In this document: positions 13,101-26,401 of the stretch, in pieces
Layout of the letters: every line of letters begins with the position of its first letter
Numbering within the stretch: position 1 is the first letter of the stretch
Assembly: GCA_003344405.1 (NCBI GenBank)
Contig: NOWV01000130.1
Location: forward strand, 124,001-188,000
Length of the DNA stretch: 64,000 nucleotides
Direction: 5' to 3'
DNA from: Trichoplax sp. H2
Taxonomy: Eukaryota
Notes under the pieces: generated by a model
The model's input: the letters and a program-made list of their open reading frames with translations, nothing else
Told to the model about the DNA's origin: nothing
Databases searched by the model: none
Translations under genes and position numbers: made by a program

Positions 13101-16100
13101 CACTTACCCAACTATAGCTTAAACTGGGTTGAAATGGCTTTCTCTTTGGTGGGAGCTTTCTCCTAGGATAGAATGAACTTTCTTCGGTTCCAGTAGTAAA
13201 GCTAGAACAAAAGAATAACAACAAACCGTATTAGTAACTTCAAAAACGAGACGTTTTTCGATAGTCCAAAAGGTACGTAGCAATATTAGCAACGACAACT
13301 TAATTCTATACCACAATAATTTTGATAAGGAGATTGGCGCACACATAAAAATAGATATTACGATTGCTCGACATTAATAAGAAATATGCATAATCCTTAT
13401 AGTTATTTTTATCACCAAAAATTTGAAAGTTAGCATATAAGGTGCTATATTAAGAGCCAATAAAAAGCAGAACATAAACAACTTGAAGTATTGTAGTATT
13501 AGAAATTGTGAACCATCTATGCATAAGTATATTAGTAACATATCCTTCTAAACTCATTTCTGTCAAGATTATTGTATAGCCAGCTAATTTTAGTAAAAAA
13601 TCCTTACCCTTCCGATTCATAATGACTATAACTAGTTGTATCCATTTCGCTGCTAAAGAAAGAAGTTCCGTCATCTGTATATTGATGGTCACGATATTTT
13701 GGTGAAAGGTAACGGCCTCTATCTGTCGAATCTAAAAGTAGCAAAATATTGCAATGAAGATGGATCAGAATGAATTCGGTAAAATTGGCCCAATAATGGA
13801 CTCAAACAAGATAAATCTTTATTAAGAGTTGCTACGAAGCCTGTAGTATGTGTATTTTATAGGGAATCTAATTTTCTCTTACGCTTATTTAATTTTACAT
13901 TACTACAGAATAGTACTGTATTGTCACTATCCAGTACTATAACTATATCTAAGGATATTCTATTGTATTCAATATAAGGTGAAGTGATCTTTTCAACTTT
14001 GATGTGAGGGAACGAATAGAGCTTCAACTAGGTCACTATATCGACATTTTGTGTGAGCTTTCATCTCAATAAACTTCATTATTTTAAACTTATTTACCAT
14101 ATTTATTTCTGTTACGATCAGAAAAATGGCTGCGAACACTTGGCCCTAGTAAAAGAATTGAAATACAATGAATCAGTTTGTAATGAATAAGTAGTTCTTA
14201 TACAGAATTGTTCATGAAATTTCAAAAGAAAAAAACAACAAAAATCACTTAAAGTATAAAAGATTTGTATTTAAAATCAACTATGAATACTAAGAAATAT
14301 TTACTATTTTAAATTAAGAAGTATAATGGTATTGCTTAAAATTAGCTGATGTCACGCAAGATCAATTTAATTTGAGATTACGTAGCAAATGATATATAGA
14401 AATTTTACGATAATATACCTAGTCGCCTTGAGCTAGCGGAAGAGCCTGACTCAAATTCCCTTCAAAAGAAAAAAAGGAAAAGTTCATAAGCGTTATTATT
14501 ACCGTAATCTAATGTCAAATCAATCAACATGAAGTCGTTAATTAATAATAAATTAAGATAAAGATGCTAGAGCTTAATTCAGTTCGTGTAATAAACAGAC
14601 CACAGTTGCTATGACAAGCGAAGAAAATTATAAATTATCATTACAATTATCCTGAAATTTATAGTTTGTCATTGTTATTGCAAGTCCTGTTTAATATTGG
14701 TGGGGAAAGTAATAAAAATTCCTACCAATACTTTGATCATTTATATTACATTTACAATAACATCAATATCGACTGGTGGTATGATATAAAATCTATCTAT
14801 TTCTTTTCAAGTATCATGCTTACAGTTAAGTAATCAAATATTTTGGTTTACCTAGTGGATTCGTTAGCAGCTGCACGATTTGTTGAAGATGGTGTTGGAC
14901 GCTGCTGCGTTTGATTACTAATGCTGTCATTTTTACGACCATTACTGGTATTGCTTCTATTTTCCATATTGGAAGCTATAGAATTAGCAACAGATTTACT
15001 GTTGGAAACAGTGGAAGAAGTCTCACCATTGGCATCAGTTGATACCTAGTTAAAAATAATAATATCAATATCGTTAAAAATTTTTTTTAACTACTAAATA
15101 AAGTTTGCAGAACAATGATTAATAATAATCCATTAGAGTTATTGTTCGTAATGGTTGAATCAATACAAAGGAATAGAAATATTTTTGTATGCGTGTTAAC
15201 GTTGCATTTAATGTAGTTAATATTAAAGTAGTGCAAGCAGTTGGCAATCTTTAACAATTATAACTTATGATTACTGTTTTGTACTAATATTAAAATTATG
15301 GGTAATTTATGTGTAAAAATTGGATCTTCTTAATTATACAACAGTAATAGTATTAGCAATAGTTGTACTAAAACTAACTCATAATCGAGCTAAAACAGAT
15401 ATAACCTACTTCTGTATCCTAACCTTGAAATAGTATTAATTGAAAATGATATGACGGAGTCAACGTCATTATTATTTGTACTGCACAAGCACCAGTAAAA
15501 TTTTAATATTAGAATAAAATGCATCGTTCTCGTGAGCATAACTAATGTATAGCAATTATGCGTCCAGTTTAGCTAGTTTTAATTCGTTATAACTCGGGGA
15601 AAATACTAGTTATTAATACAACACTAACGAAAATCAGTTGTTCTGCTAAGAGTTCGTTAGCATCAGGTAATAGAAAAGAAGGGAATTGATTGAAAACTAG
15701 ACAATTTTGCGTAGTAACTATCGATTCCATTCAGATTGTATATCATTGTTATCTACCTTCTAAAAATAAAATCTGTTGTGATACAGTAAAGCTATTGGAA
15801 ATGGAAAAAAGTAAGAAAATACATCATACCCAAGCTTCTATTCGATCATTTGTAGCTGGTAACACAGCATCGTCTTCAGTTACTTCTTTCCTTACAATCC
15901 TGAAAATAATAATGAAGGTAGAGAGATAAGAACATTTATAAGATCAATTAACGACACCTTTAAATTTCCAATTTAATATGTAAACATAACAACATCGTCC
16001 TTTTGTCAATTAATCGGGAAATGCAATGCAAATACTATCAGAGAAATAGCACAAGCAAAGCCATAGCCAAAAGAAATGATTTTTCATTATTTTATCCGGT

Positions 16101-19100
16101 GTACTGTGTAAAACAGGACTGACAATGAACTATGTTGTAAATGTATTACTACACAATCTACTGAGTGTTCTACAAATGATAACGGCAAAAGAGACTGCCT
16201 TGATTCACAACGTGTACGTGCATACTATCAATTCTTTTTCTTATTAAAAAAGAGTTATTAACGATCAATATTCACTCTTTTATCATTAAACTACTCTAAT
16301 AATACTGATACGTATTTAAAATTGGAGAGATTGAATGAAGAGAGTGAGAGAAAAAAAATTAAAAAATAAAATAATAAATAACCGTGTAACTAGCAGCATA
16401 TACCAAAAGGACTAGGACAGCTATTTTAGTTACCACAAAACTAACCGAGGGTCTTTTGTATCATAATGATAAAATAGCATAGTCACGTTGAACATTGTTA
16501 ACAAAACCGTACATAAAGAATAAATAATTTAATCAAAAGATCTAAAAATTAAGACTACCCAAAAATGACCGTTGTACTTGCACTTCATTTGGAGATGGAA
16601 AAGTGAAATGTTACTATTGATTTTATCATATCATACTTTCTCGGACTAGAGAATAAATCCAGGGGAAATCTACCAGGCCTTTTTTTTATCCTACAGTATA
16701 TCATTTAAGCAATCTATATGAATTGATGGAATGAATACTAGTAGACAATAGTTAAACAGCAATATGTAGATACACCTTTTTCAGGAATTAATGCGTTACG
16801 CTGACGATAATATAAGTAATGAAAATGTGGTAATCCAAATAGCCTAGACGATCAGTATCCCACTCATGACTAATAGTCAGCATTTATGTATGCTACATAC
16901 TTGTATTTTTGACAGAATATTTTTCCTTTTACTTTTTTGGGGGGGAAATCCAAATTACATTGTGTTTGCGTTTTATGGTTTACTTTGAGATCTTGTTTAA
17001 GTCTGTTATAACACGTACTTGTTCGTGTAGGATTTTACTTTACATCGATAATTCATCATTGCTAGACTCGTGCTTCTTCAAAAGTTTTAACGAAGCAATC
17101 GTCACGACGATACAAGTTTTACTCCAAGGACAACGCGAGCTCATATCGAAAGGAATATCAAAAATCGTTTGCATGCCTTTCTCCCCCCCCCCCCTGCGCT
17201 CCATAAAAGTGCAAGTAAAGAACTGAAATTGTTAGTCATTGATCGTTAATTCGATCCGAACAATTTACAAAATGGCGATTCAATTCAACAATAAGTAGGA
17301 ATGACAGATTTTAATTTCACACCAAACCAAGCAGCCATTTTATTGAATGAAATGGTACAATACTACAACGGCACAGAATGCAAGGGTTTGATTAGAAATA
17401 GAAAGATTCTTTTTAAAAGGATAACATCATTAACAAAGTGAAACATCCTCGCAGGATATTGGAGTGGATGAGTTTAGTGAATGCGTTTATTACGCGATGA
17501 TGGATATTCAAAATAATATAAATTTTTAATTTTTGGGGGAGAATTGTGTTTTAATCCCCTTACGCGATGATGAATATTCAAAATAATGTAAATTTTTAAT
17601 TTTGGGGGAGAATTGTGTTTTAATCCCCTTACGCGATGATGAATATTCAAAATAATGTAAATTTTTAATTTTGGGGGAGAATTGTGTTTTAATCCCCCTC
17701 CATCAATGCGACCGTAACATTGATTTTTTCTTGTTTTGCTGTAGACAATCATTTCGATCGTAATCCAAGTTCTACTGTACAACACAATATAACAACCCAC
17801 TCGCTATCGTATCGTACAGCAAGAGAGAACAAAGTTGAACAATTTGTGGTTGTTTTTTCCCATTATTTTACTGTCCATCTTGGACTCAAAGCTATTGCTC
17901 CAAGAGCATAGACATTGACTATGACCAACTTTGTTTCTAGTAATCCTAGGGAAATGAGTCATCACGACATGATGAAGCATTTCGGCGTCGTGAACTTCAA
18001 CTCCCTCCTGTCTAGGTGTAAAATAGTCTAGTCTACGGTCTAGTCAGACAACTACTACCGGCGTCGTTGTACATATCAGTGAAGTACTTGTCGTTTATTG
18101 TTTCCATCACCAACGTTATTTACCGTACATTGTACTGCATCATGTTGAAGTAGGTACTGTAAGTAGGTCACCATCAGTACTGTAGGCGTTATGTCCATAG
18201 GGTACCCGTCATGGTGTTGGCGTCGATACCTTTGCTTCATTCACTGGTCGACGTTGAAGCCCATTTGCCCTCAAGGCTTTCTCTACCGTTCCTTTTTCAC
18301 TGTCACCATGACACGCTGTGCTGTTCCCTTCTCGTCCTCGACGATACGGACTGCACCGTACTGAGCTTGTGACGCGCCAATCATTCTCTAACCCTTTTTG
18401 CTTGACGGCTTGACAGTTTTTTTTACTGGATTCAACATTGGCTTGTTGTTTACTCAATCATCACTTAGTGTAGAGTATGTCGTTTAACTGGCCAAAAAAT
18501 GGCCAATCCATCCAAAATGGAAATAGAATTTATAGTGCTATATAGCTCTTGGTGATTGCTGGATAGGATGATTGGATATACATTATACAGTATAGGATTA
18601 GTCACTACATGTACAGTACAGTACAGTACAATCGCTTTCCAATCGATAATCATCGCTCAGTGCACAGTACTGTATGTCGATGGACGGCCGAAACATGGCT
18701 AATCCATCCAAAATAGAAATATAATGCACTACGCTATATAGCACTTGGTGATATCTTGGACATAATGATTTGATATATAGTTAACGAACTTAACGTTAGT
18801 CACAACTTGTACAATCGCTTTCCAATCGACAATTGGAGAATGATAAAACACGAATGGACTAACTTGCCCAGCAGATAAATACGCGTATACAACCAGCTAC
18901 GGTCAACATTCCCACGCATCCATCTTGCCAATGGATCGCTGTCACATTACCTAGAAGTGGCAACGTCGAACCAGTTGCTAAACTGTCGTTATATTTGTTA
19001 GACTATCGACGTGATGAGATGACTAGCACTAGTTCATCGAATATATAGGATAAAAAAAACCAACGATTGGCTATCTCGTCAATTGCTGTTAGAACTGAAC

Positions 19101-21250
19101 AATTTTAATCAATTATTCTTTTGTTGAATGGGATATGATCATCTAACACAGACTTTTTAAGAAGAATTTCAATTTGCTCGCGTATGAGTAGATTACTACA
19201 GTGGTACAGGGACTACGAAAAGGAAAGACTTATTTAGCATGTACAGTAGTCTTTAAAACCAGCCAATTATACTCATATTTGAGTTGTGTCAGAGTTAAAA
19301 TATCACACTTTGAAAATCCAACGGTAAAAAAAACATCGTAGCCATTAGCAGTCGAGATAATCCATGGGAAGGATTACTAAGCTTGGCGATCACTCCAATG
19401 TTGAAAATTTCAAACATCAATCGTACAACACATTGCATCGACTAAATTCATCCTTAATATGGAGTGATACACATTGACAAGGCTGACATTACTGATATTA
19501 ATTTGTAGTTCTATCGACAACAGTAGACAAATATCCAAGTTAAATCACAAAGTGTCAAAAAAAACGACTTTATCAAAATGCGATGAAGATTAGGTTATGG
19601 CAGAGAAAGAGGGAGGGTTGCTCATACGCTTTGATAATTATAATTAATATATAATCAAGATGAAGCTGTAAACTGCTTAAATATCAAAGACAATGCATTG
19701 AATTTTGGGGCAAAAACAAGGGAAAAAGAATGATTGATACTTTGGCTATTTTACAAGGCTATCCAAAGTATAATTTTTGAATGAGTTCCTCATAATAAGG
19801 CGACGAAGAATAATTCAATTCGTTATACTCTTACGTTGCCTGGTAGCTATTCTACCATTTCAACGGAATAGGATGAGATTGTATAGTCGATACCACTTTA
19901 TGATTTGCCAATTTTAAGTAAGCTAAACTACTACTCATCAAATAGTATGTTGCTCACATTAAATGTACTGAACATTATCATCAATTGTCATGTCACAAAG
20001 TAAATTATTAACTAGTGTACTACTCAAGTGCTCATACTCGACGATGGTTGCAAATAGCTAATAAGTAAATTGTCAGAATAAAACTTGAAAAAATAATTAA
20101 TGTCATTAAAATAAACTCATGTATAATCATTTTTACTACAATCATCGAATCTTAATCGATGGTATGATGTGATTCAATTTTACAACAGATATTATTATAA
20201 TTATTCCATGGTAATCGAAAATGATACTGGCGTTCGCTACGTGTAGTCATGGTCGTGATTACTCGACTGGAGTAAAATGTGGCAAGATCGCTTCGACACC
20301 CATTTTAGACGATTCAAGCTGTTGTTGCTAAAGAATTAACTCTCACAAAGTTTACGATCAAACTTTACGCTAGCTAGATGTAAAAATCAAATAAACTAAG
20401 TTGGGTCAACAAATAGATATTGTTAGACTTAGCGAAACGATAACTTTTGGGGTGTGATATTGGTGGTCAACTGAAAAAGTGTTCTGCACGATTGAGCCTG
20501 TCACTCATTTAGGTTATTCAATCGCGTTGATTCAAAATAATAATACTGTATCCCAGTCTATTTCAATATACTGCATCGATGCTTGCTATAAAGATGAAGA
20601 CAATCTTGTTAGCTATTTCTAACGCTATAAAATTGTTCTTTTCAGTAGATGAAAATATTATCTTACTACTGAACATGAACAAAACAGTACAATTTTAATG
20701 CGGCTCAAGTCAGCCTACTTAGACTGGAGTGGTATTGATGTCGTCAACTTTTACCGCTTGACTTGGCTATCCAATAATTATGACTACCGACCTTCATTAA
20801 AGCACCCTTGTATATTACAAGATCCATATTGTTCGACACTCTAATGTATAGCTCAAGAATATGCTATGCTTGATCTAAATGGTGCCTAATCATTAAAAAA
20901 GTTTCTCCTCCATCAAGTCAATTCAATATGAATGGTTGTAGAAATTGAGTCCCCCAAAAATATTGTACTCAATCTATTGATAACGTCGACTAAGCATAAT
21001 TAGTACAGTACATTGAATCAATTTATTCATTCTATTTTTTTTTTTGGATGTATCTTCTCTGCCTATACATATCATCATCCACTTACCCAAATTCTTCATC
21101 TTTGACTTCGAAATAATATCGACAATTTTTCTTATTAAGACCAGATTTAATATCGGCCAGTGTAACTTTACTCGATTCAATTGATAATTCCACCAAGTAC
21201 GGTGTTTTCTCACCGTCGATATGATATAAAACTTTAGTCCCATCGGCCAT
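10196..21250 (-). CDS. DVL: Dishevelled (DIX-PDZ-DEP, Wnt signalling); 3' end uncertain
   Basis: ATG at 21250. [23 protein letters not shown] (exon 21087-21250) and [23 protein letters not shown] (15830-15899). [44 protein letters not shown] (exons ~12365-12746). [12 protein letters not shown] at ~12026-12086. [49 protein letters not shown] (~11225-11720). A large Ser/Gly/Lys-rich exon spans ~10196-11141. About 17 GT-AG exons. Confidence 0.95.
17490..17697. repeat. Minisatellite, 3 x 69-70 bp, in Dvl intron 1
   Basis: ttacgcgatgatgaatattcaaaataatgtaaatttttaattttgggggagaattgtgttttaatcccc starts at about 17490, 17560 and 17629. Confidence 0.95.
18490..18833. repeat. Diverged local direct duplication (~150 bp x2) in Dvl intron 1
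   Basis: 18490-18650 and 18686-18833 share aatccatccaaaat..gctatatagc.cttggtgat..ttagtcac..tacaatcgctttccaatcga. Copy 1 has 3 extra CAGTA units. Confidence 0.85.
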
Positions 21251-24200
21251 CTTCGCCAACGGTTGTAGATCGACACAGTTGCGAAGTTGGTAATGCTTTT
21301 TCTTAATTTGCTCGGATCGACCTATTTTTATTGATTCGTAATGGTTATTTCCAGTTTCTTCTGCGATCAATTTAGCCAGGTGCAAGAAAGTTGCCCTTTG
21401 TGTACGATGATGGAGAGATAATCTTATCTGCAGAATCTTTTTTCTTCCCCCCTAATGCTCGAGTGTAATTTGTTCGTCAATCAACCAGCGTGTATGACTA
21501 ATCGCCTTTTCGAACTTGTTTATTGTACTCGACAAGACATAGATCATAAGTTTCTACCATCCACTTAGACTGGATTCCTCATCATAGTCAGTCTAGTGTA
21601 TATCCAGATCTATTATTGTCTATCGTATTATTGTCATTGTGGCCTATTTTTATGCTAAATACCCCATCTAGACCGTTACCATCATCATTCAACTCGATAT
21701 CTGTATATGACAATTGCTAACGGTAGCCACACGCCAATCACAATCATCACGTGCCTTGGAAAACAAATAAAACGGCGACATTATTTGGCGACATCAAAGA
21801 CAATAATATTGTTTAAGTTAACGACTGGCTGGAACTAATAGTATTATTACAGTAATATGGGGTAGTGGGTGAGACAATAATAAGAATACAATCACTTGGA
21901 TTTTAAAGATGATGATGTATTTGTCCTGATGAGTATATTTAATACTTTCCACCTTGCTATTATTCTTACTAACTGATTACCAGCCAACTACTGGGCTTAT
22001 TGTTCATCACATTAATCAAATCAAATTCATATTTGACTGATTATAGTAAGCGATCATTTAACTCGTCGCCTTTTTCGAACTATTCCATAAATCAAAATGA
22101 ATTCGTAATTAGTTGGAAAATATGGTAGAAACAGTGAGGTGCATTGTTGGAGGACTGTACGTAGTTTATTCTTTCTTGATTCTCTCTTACTTGTATAGAG
22201 ACTGTAGAATATTTACTTAGGTCGATGGATGAGTGTGTATAAGAGAGAGAGAGAGATCATGATGATATATTGACGTGATACACTGTTATGAAGATCGATT
22301 ATACCAGCATTCGCTACAGTTGGCGATCATCCAGTCAACAAATAGAAAACTACATATTTCAATCGCTACTCCTCGACCATCATTATTATTATCATTTATA
22401 ATCATGTAGTACTTTACTGTTGCAGTCATCTTCGGCAACCATTGCATAACATGATTTGAATTTGGAAGTTTTAGCATAATACAGCGAATCAAAAGAAGGT
22501 TATCCATTATAAAGATTATTTCAGATCATTCGCTGTTGTACCATGATTTTGCATCTCGGTGCTAATATTGCGATAATCAGTTCCAATCATTTTGGCCGTG
22601 TAGATAAGACACTAAAGACAATATCACTATATACTATCTATTCTCTTGCGCTAAACAGTATATTAAATACATTACTCGTTTTTCTATCAATCATTTCCAT
22701 TAAGTAAGTAAACATAATCACTAGATGTTCAAGTTAGTGTCACGTCCAATAAAAGTAAAGGATTCCTTTTTTTTTTTGATTCAACTCCATCAAGTTACTG
22801 CACAGTATGTTTTAAATTACATGATGAAAGATCAACCTGACTCATTGAGATGTAACTAATAAGTTCGATGACAAAAGACAATCCATTCGCTAAACATTTT
22901 ACTATATATATAGCGATATCATCAATCAATATATTCATAGAATTAGCAAAATCTTCATCAATTGACAACTGTTTTTTTATTATCTTCCTTTACTTTTGAA
23001 ATCTCCTAGACTTATACAGCAAATCATTATCAATAGAACAGACATCATGGATGTATTGTCTGTCATATTCTAAGCTATAATAACGATTGTATTTTTAACG
23101 ATAATATGAAGTGACAATAAAGGCTGCTAGTGTATACAGAAGCCGGTCCATTAATTCCGACGATAAAGAATGCAGGAAGTACAGCCATTAATTCCCCATA
23201 CGGTATATGATTACCTCTACCATCATTTAAAATTGTATTGACCCTCAATCAATGAAGTCAACTCTCACCCGTAACAAATATTTCGAAAATGCTACCGTAA
23301 TTGAAAGTATTCAAAGCAACATAAACATGTACAGTATGCTAACGTATTGCAAATAACCTACATTAGTACATAATCAATCATTTTTCTACATCAAGTCAAA
23401 ACTATATCCCAATTCAATATTTTAATGTATTTCAAATAGTTCATAAAGGAGTTAAAGTTGATGAAAGGCGTGGTGTAGCCAAAGGTGTGGCAGAATCACG
23501 ATCGTTAGTTAGACTAGAGAATAATGCTAGACTAAACATTATTAATAAAGAGGTATTGTTGTTTGTCTTGCAATAGTAAAATGACATAATTTTAATCGAT
23601 AACTGTAGGATTAAATTAAACTTATTCACCCTGTCTAGGCTAAATCACGGGTTGACCAATTGATTATTGGCATCCTCCTAATCATTAATTTAGTAGTCAC
23701 CATTTGATAAAACGTGCGAAAATAAGCTATCTAATACTTGCATGTGCGATAAATTAGAGCTAGATATGATTACACATTTAACTATCGCTACCTATCGGAA
23801 AGTGTAAACACCGACAACAAAGGAACAATAAGATAGACGGATGCTAAAGACGTAGCATGATATTATAGCCAGTTATTAACGTTTGAATTCTACTTTCAAC
23901 TCTATAGTATCCATGATTATCAAGAATAAAATCAATCTTGTTGAATCCATGATATCCTTTTTTACTTGAATAAAATTGCAACATTTTGACATACGCGTAG
24001 ATTAAAATAAATCTTGGTAAAATTGACATCAATATCCCGGATTATAATTCAACAAATCTATCAACAACAAGACAATCAACTCAATAAATCAACGATGGTG
24101 AAGGGAAAACTTTTCCTTATTAATTATTGAATTCGTTAAAGATAATGTTCACTTCGTAACCTACTAATAGACTTATAATAAAGAATAACCTACTAAATCG

Positions 24201-26401
24201 TATTTTCACATTGATAAGGTTTAGGAAATTGTTGTCAGGCGTCTGAACGAATAATCTCATTTTGTAACCTTTCTCTCTTTCTCTCTTTCTCTCTTTATTA
24301 CAAAAACGAACAACTATTAGCAATTTATTTTAATCTTTAAAGAAAGAAAGTCCCTTTTATATCATTATAATGAAAGAAATGATGAACTGTATTTGCTGAC
24401 TTGAGAGTTAACATTTAAAGATATCACCATTATTTATGCTCTGTATTTCGTATGCAGAATAGAGATGTTACAATAGTAGTTTTATTGTGGAGCAACTTTC
24501 CGATATAGCTATACCTTTAAATCTTAGCATGACATAATATTTTAAGGAAATATGTTTATGATACCAGTGAGTCAAACCGGATGATGACAATCAATGAATC
24601 TAATTAAAGATTTATGGAATATTGGCAAGTCATTAGTTATAGCCAAATCAGCCACCGGGATATTTACATTTAATTTAACTTATTGTGATGAATTTTTTAC
24701 TGCTACACTTGTCACTTGATCATGAAAATATCAATTCATCTCTACAATCAATATGATGCAAAATGATTAAATTTCCTTTTGTTACAGCTTGGTAGTTATT
24801 TATACAATCATGAATGATGCTTCGCTTGTGGCAAGGGCTATTAAAACTAATAATACTCAACCATATGACCTTAACGAAATGTAGTTGTCCTTTCCAACTT
24901 TCAAGTGCTCGAACATAACCAGGGCAGCATCTGTTACATTAGCCATGCTACTGCGATCCATTATTGTTATGCGGTATGATGATTTATCACCTTATTCAAT
25001 TTACAATTAAAACTAACAACATAGTACTGAAAATTACAGTATTCATGTACCGCGGTAGAGCCAAATCCTACTTTTACTCTGGATGAAAGGTTATAAACTA
25101 AATCTTTTATAAAATATCAATAAAATAAATACAACTCCCTATGACACGACAGTTAATAATTATGCTCTACGATATCAATTAAAGCGAATGATGTAACTCT
25201 TAACCAACCCAAACATTGCATGTTATGTTTTATTCTGGTTATTCCAATTAAAATAAGCAATATCATGCCGCCTCCTTCGCAAACATGAATACGAAATAAT
25301 TGCCCATTAACTGGTATTGAATTGTAATTTTCCAGTTTTTATTTCACGCATGGATTAATTGCAGATCAATGTAAATCCAGGATAATCATTTCACACCCAT
25401 CCATCAATAGAAAATAATACTGGTAGACAGTATCAATAAACGATGACTCATACTGTTCTATCATGGCGCGATTGTCTAAATTATCTCTTTAGACTCTTTA
25501 TAACTACAATCTTTCTTTACAATATAAACGTGAGATATAGAAAACTAAATTCACTTTATTTTTGTTACGCTTACTATTTGACAAATTACGAATTATACAA
25601 ATGGTTCATTATCGTAGGTATGTACGTACATACTAAAATACTGTACTTTGCTATATAATTAATCAATAACAAAGAAGTGACGTGTGTAACAAATTTATAT
25701 CTTATATCTATTTGCAATATCAGATAAGAACATCAAAAAAGATGATATACTTAATTAATAGCGATTTTTTATCAATTCGATAAATTCTTAAGAACACATT
25801 TTGTCGCACAAAAATGAATTTAAATCTAACAAGAAATCTTAACGTAACGGGAAGCGTATCCTAACGAGTTTAAAAATGACTCTGACGATAAGTTTTAGCG
25901 TGCGATACGCTACTAAATATTTTCGTTAAAGTCTACACTTTCTTTTCTAGACATGATACAACAGACGATTGTAGAATAATAATACTGTACATCTACAGCA
26001 TTAAATCGGCTATGTCAGTACCTGTAAAATCTTACATAATTGCGCATGTTTGATTTTAATGCAGCTTTGATCAGAAAAAATTATAATGTTAATCTTAATA
26101 GACTTCAATGATGCTTTTACGGACTATTCCACAAGTATACACATGTTTTTTACACGCTATTTTCTTACAAAAAAATACATTATTAGCACGAAATTTAAAC
26201 ATCACGTTGTTTCAATTAGCATTGTACAGAAGATAGTTTCCAGAATTCAAATTTAGTAACCTACTATAACATATGAAGCCTTATGCTTTGCCAATTGATT
26301 AAAACTTACTGATGTATTAGCATGCAAACTAGATACGAAATAATATGCAAGTTTCAATTCTTGGATGATAATCAATCATGTTGTTATGGCTCCGTTCGTA
26401 T

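Noticed and set aside
17474-17800. 108-aa ORF with repeated [23 protein letters not shown]; possible CRISPR-like array
   Set aside because: It is read-through of a head-to-tail minisatellite with no unique spacers, in a eukaryotic intron with no cas genes.
21251-21385. N-terminal extension of Dvl (MHLAKLIAEE...)
   Set aside because: It starts at a non-ATG codon, and homology begins at [10 protein letters not shown] (21250).
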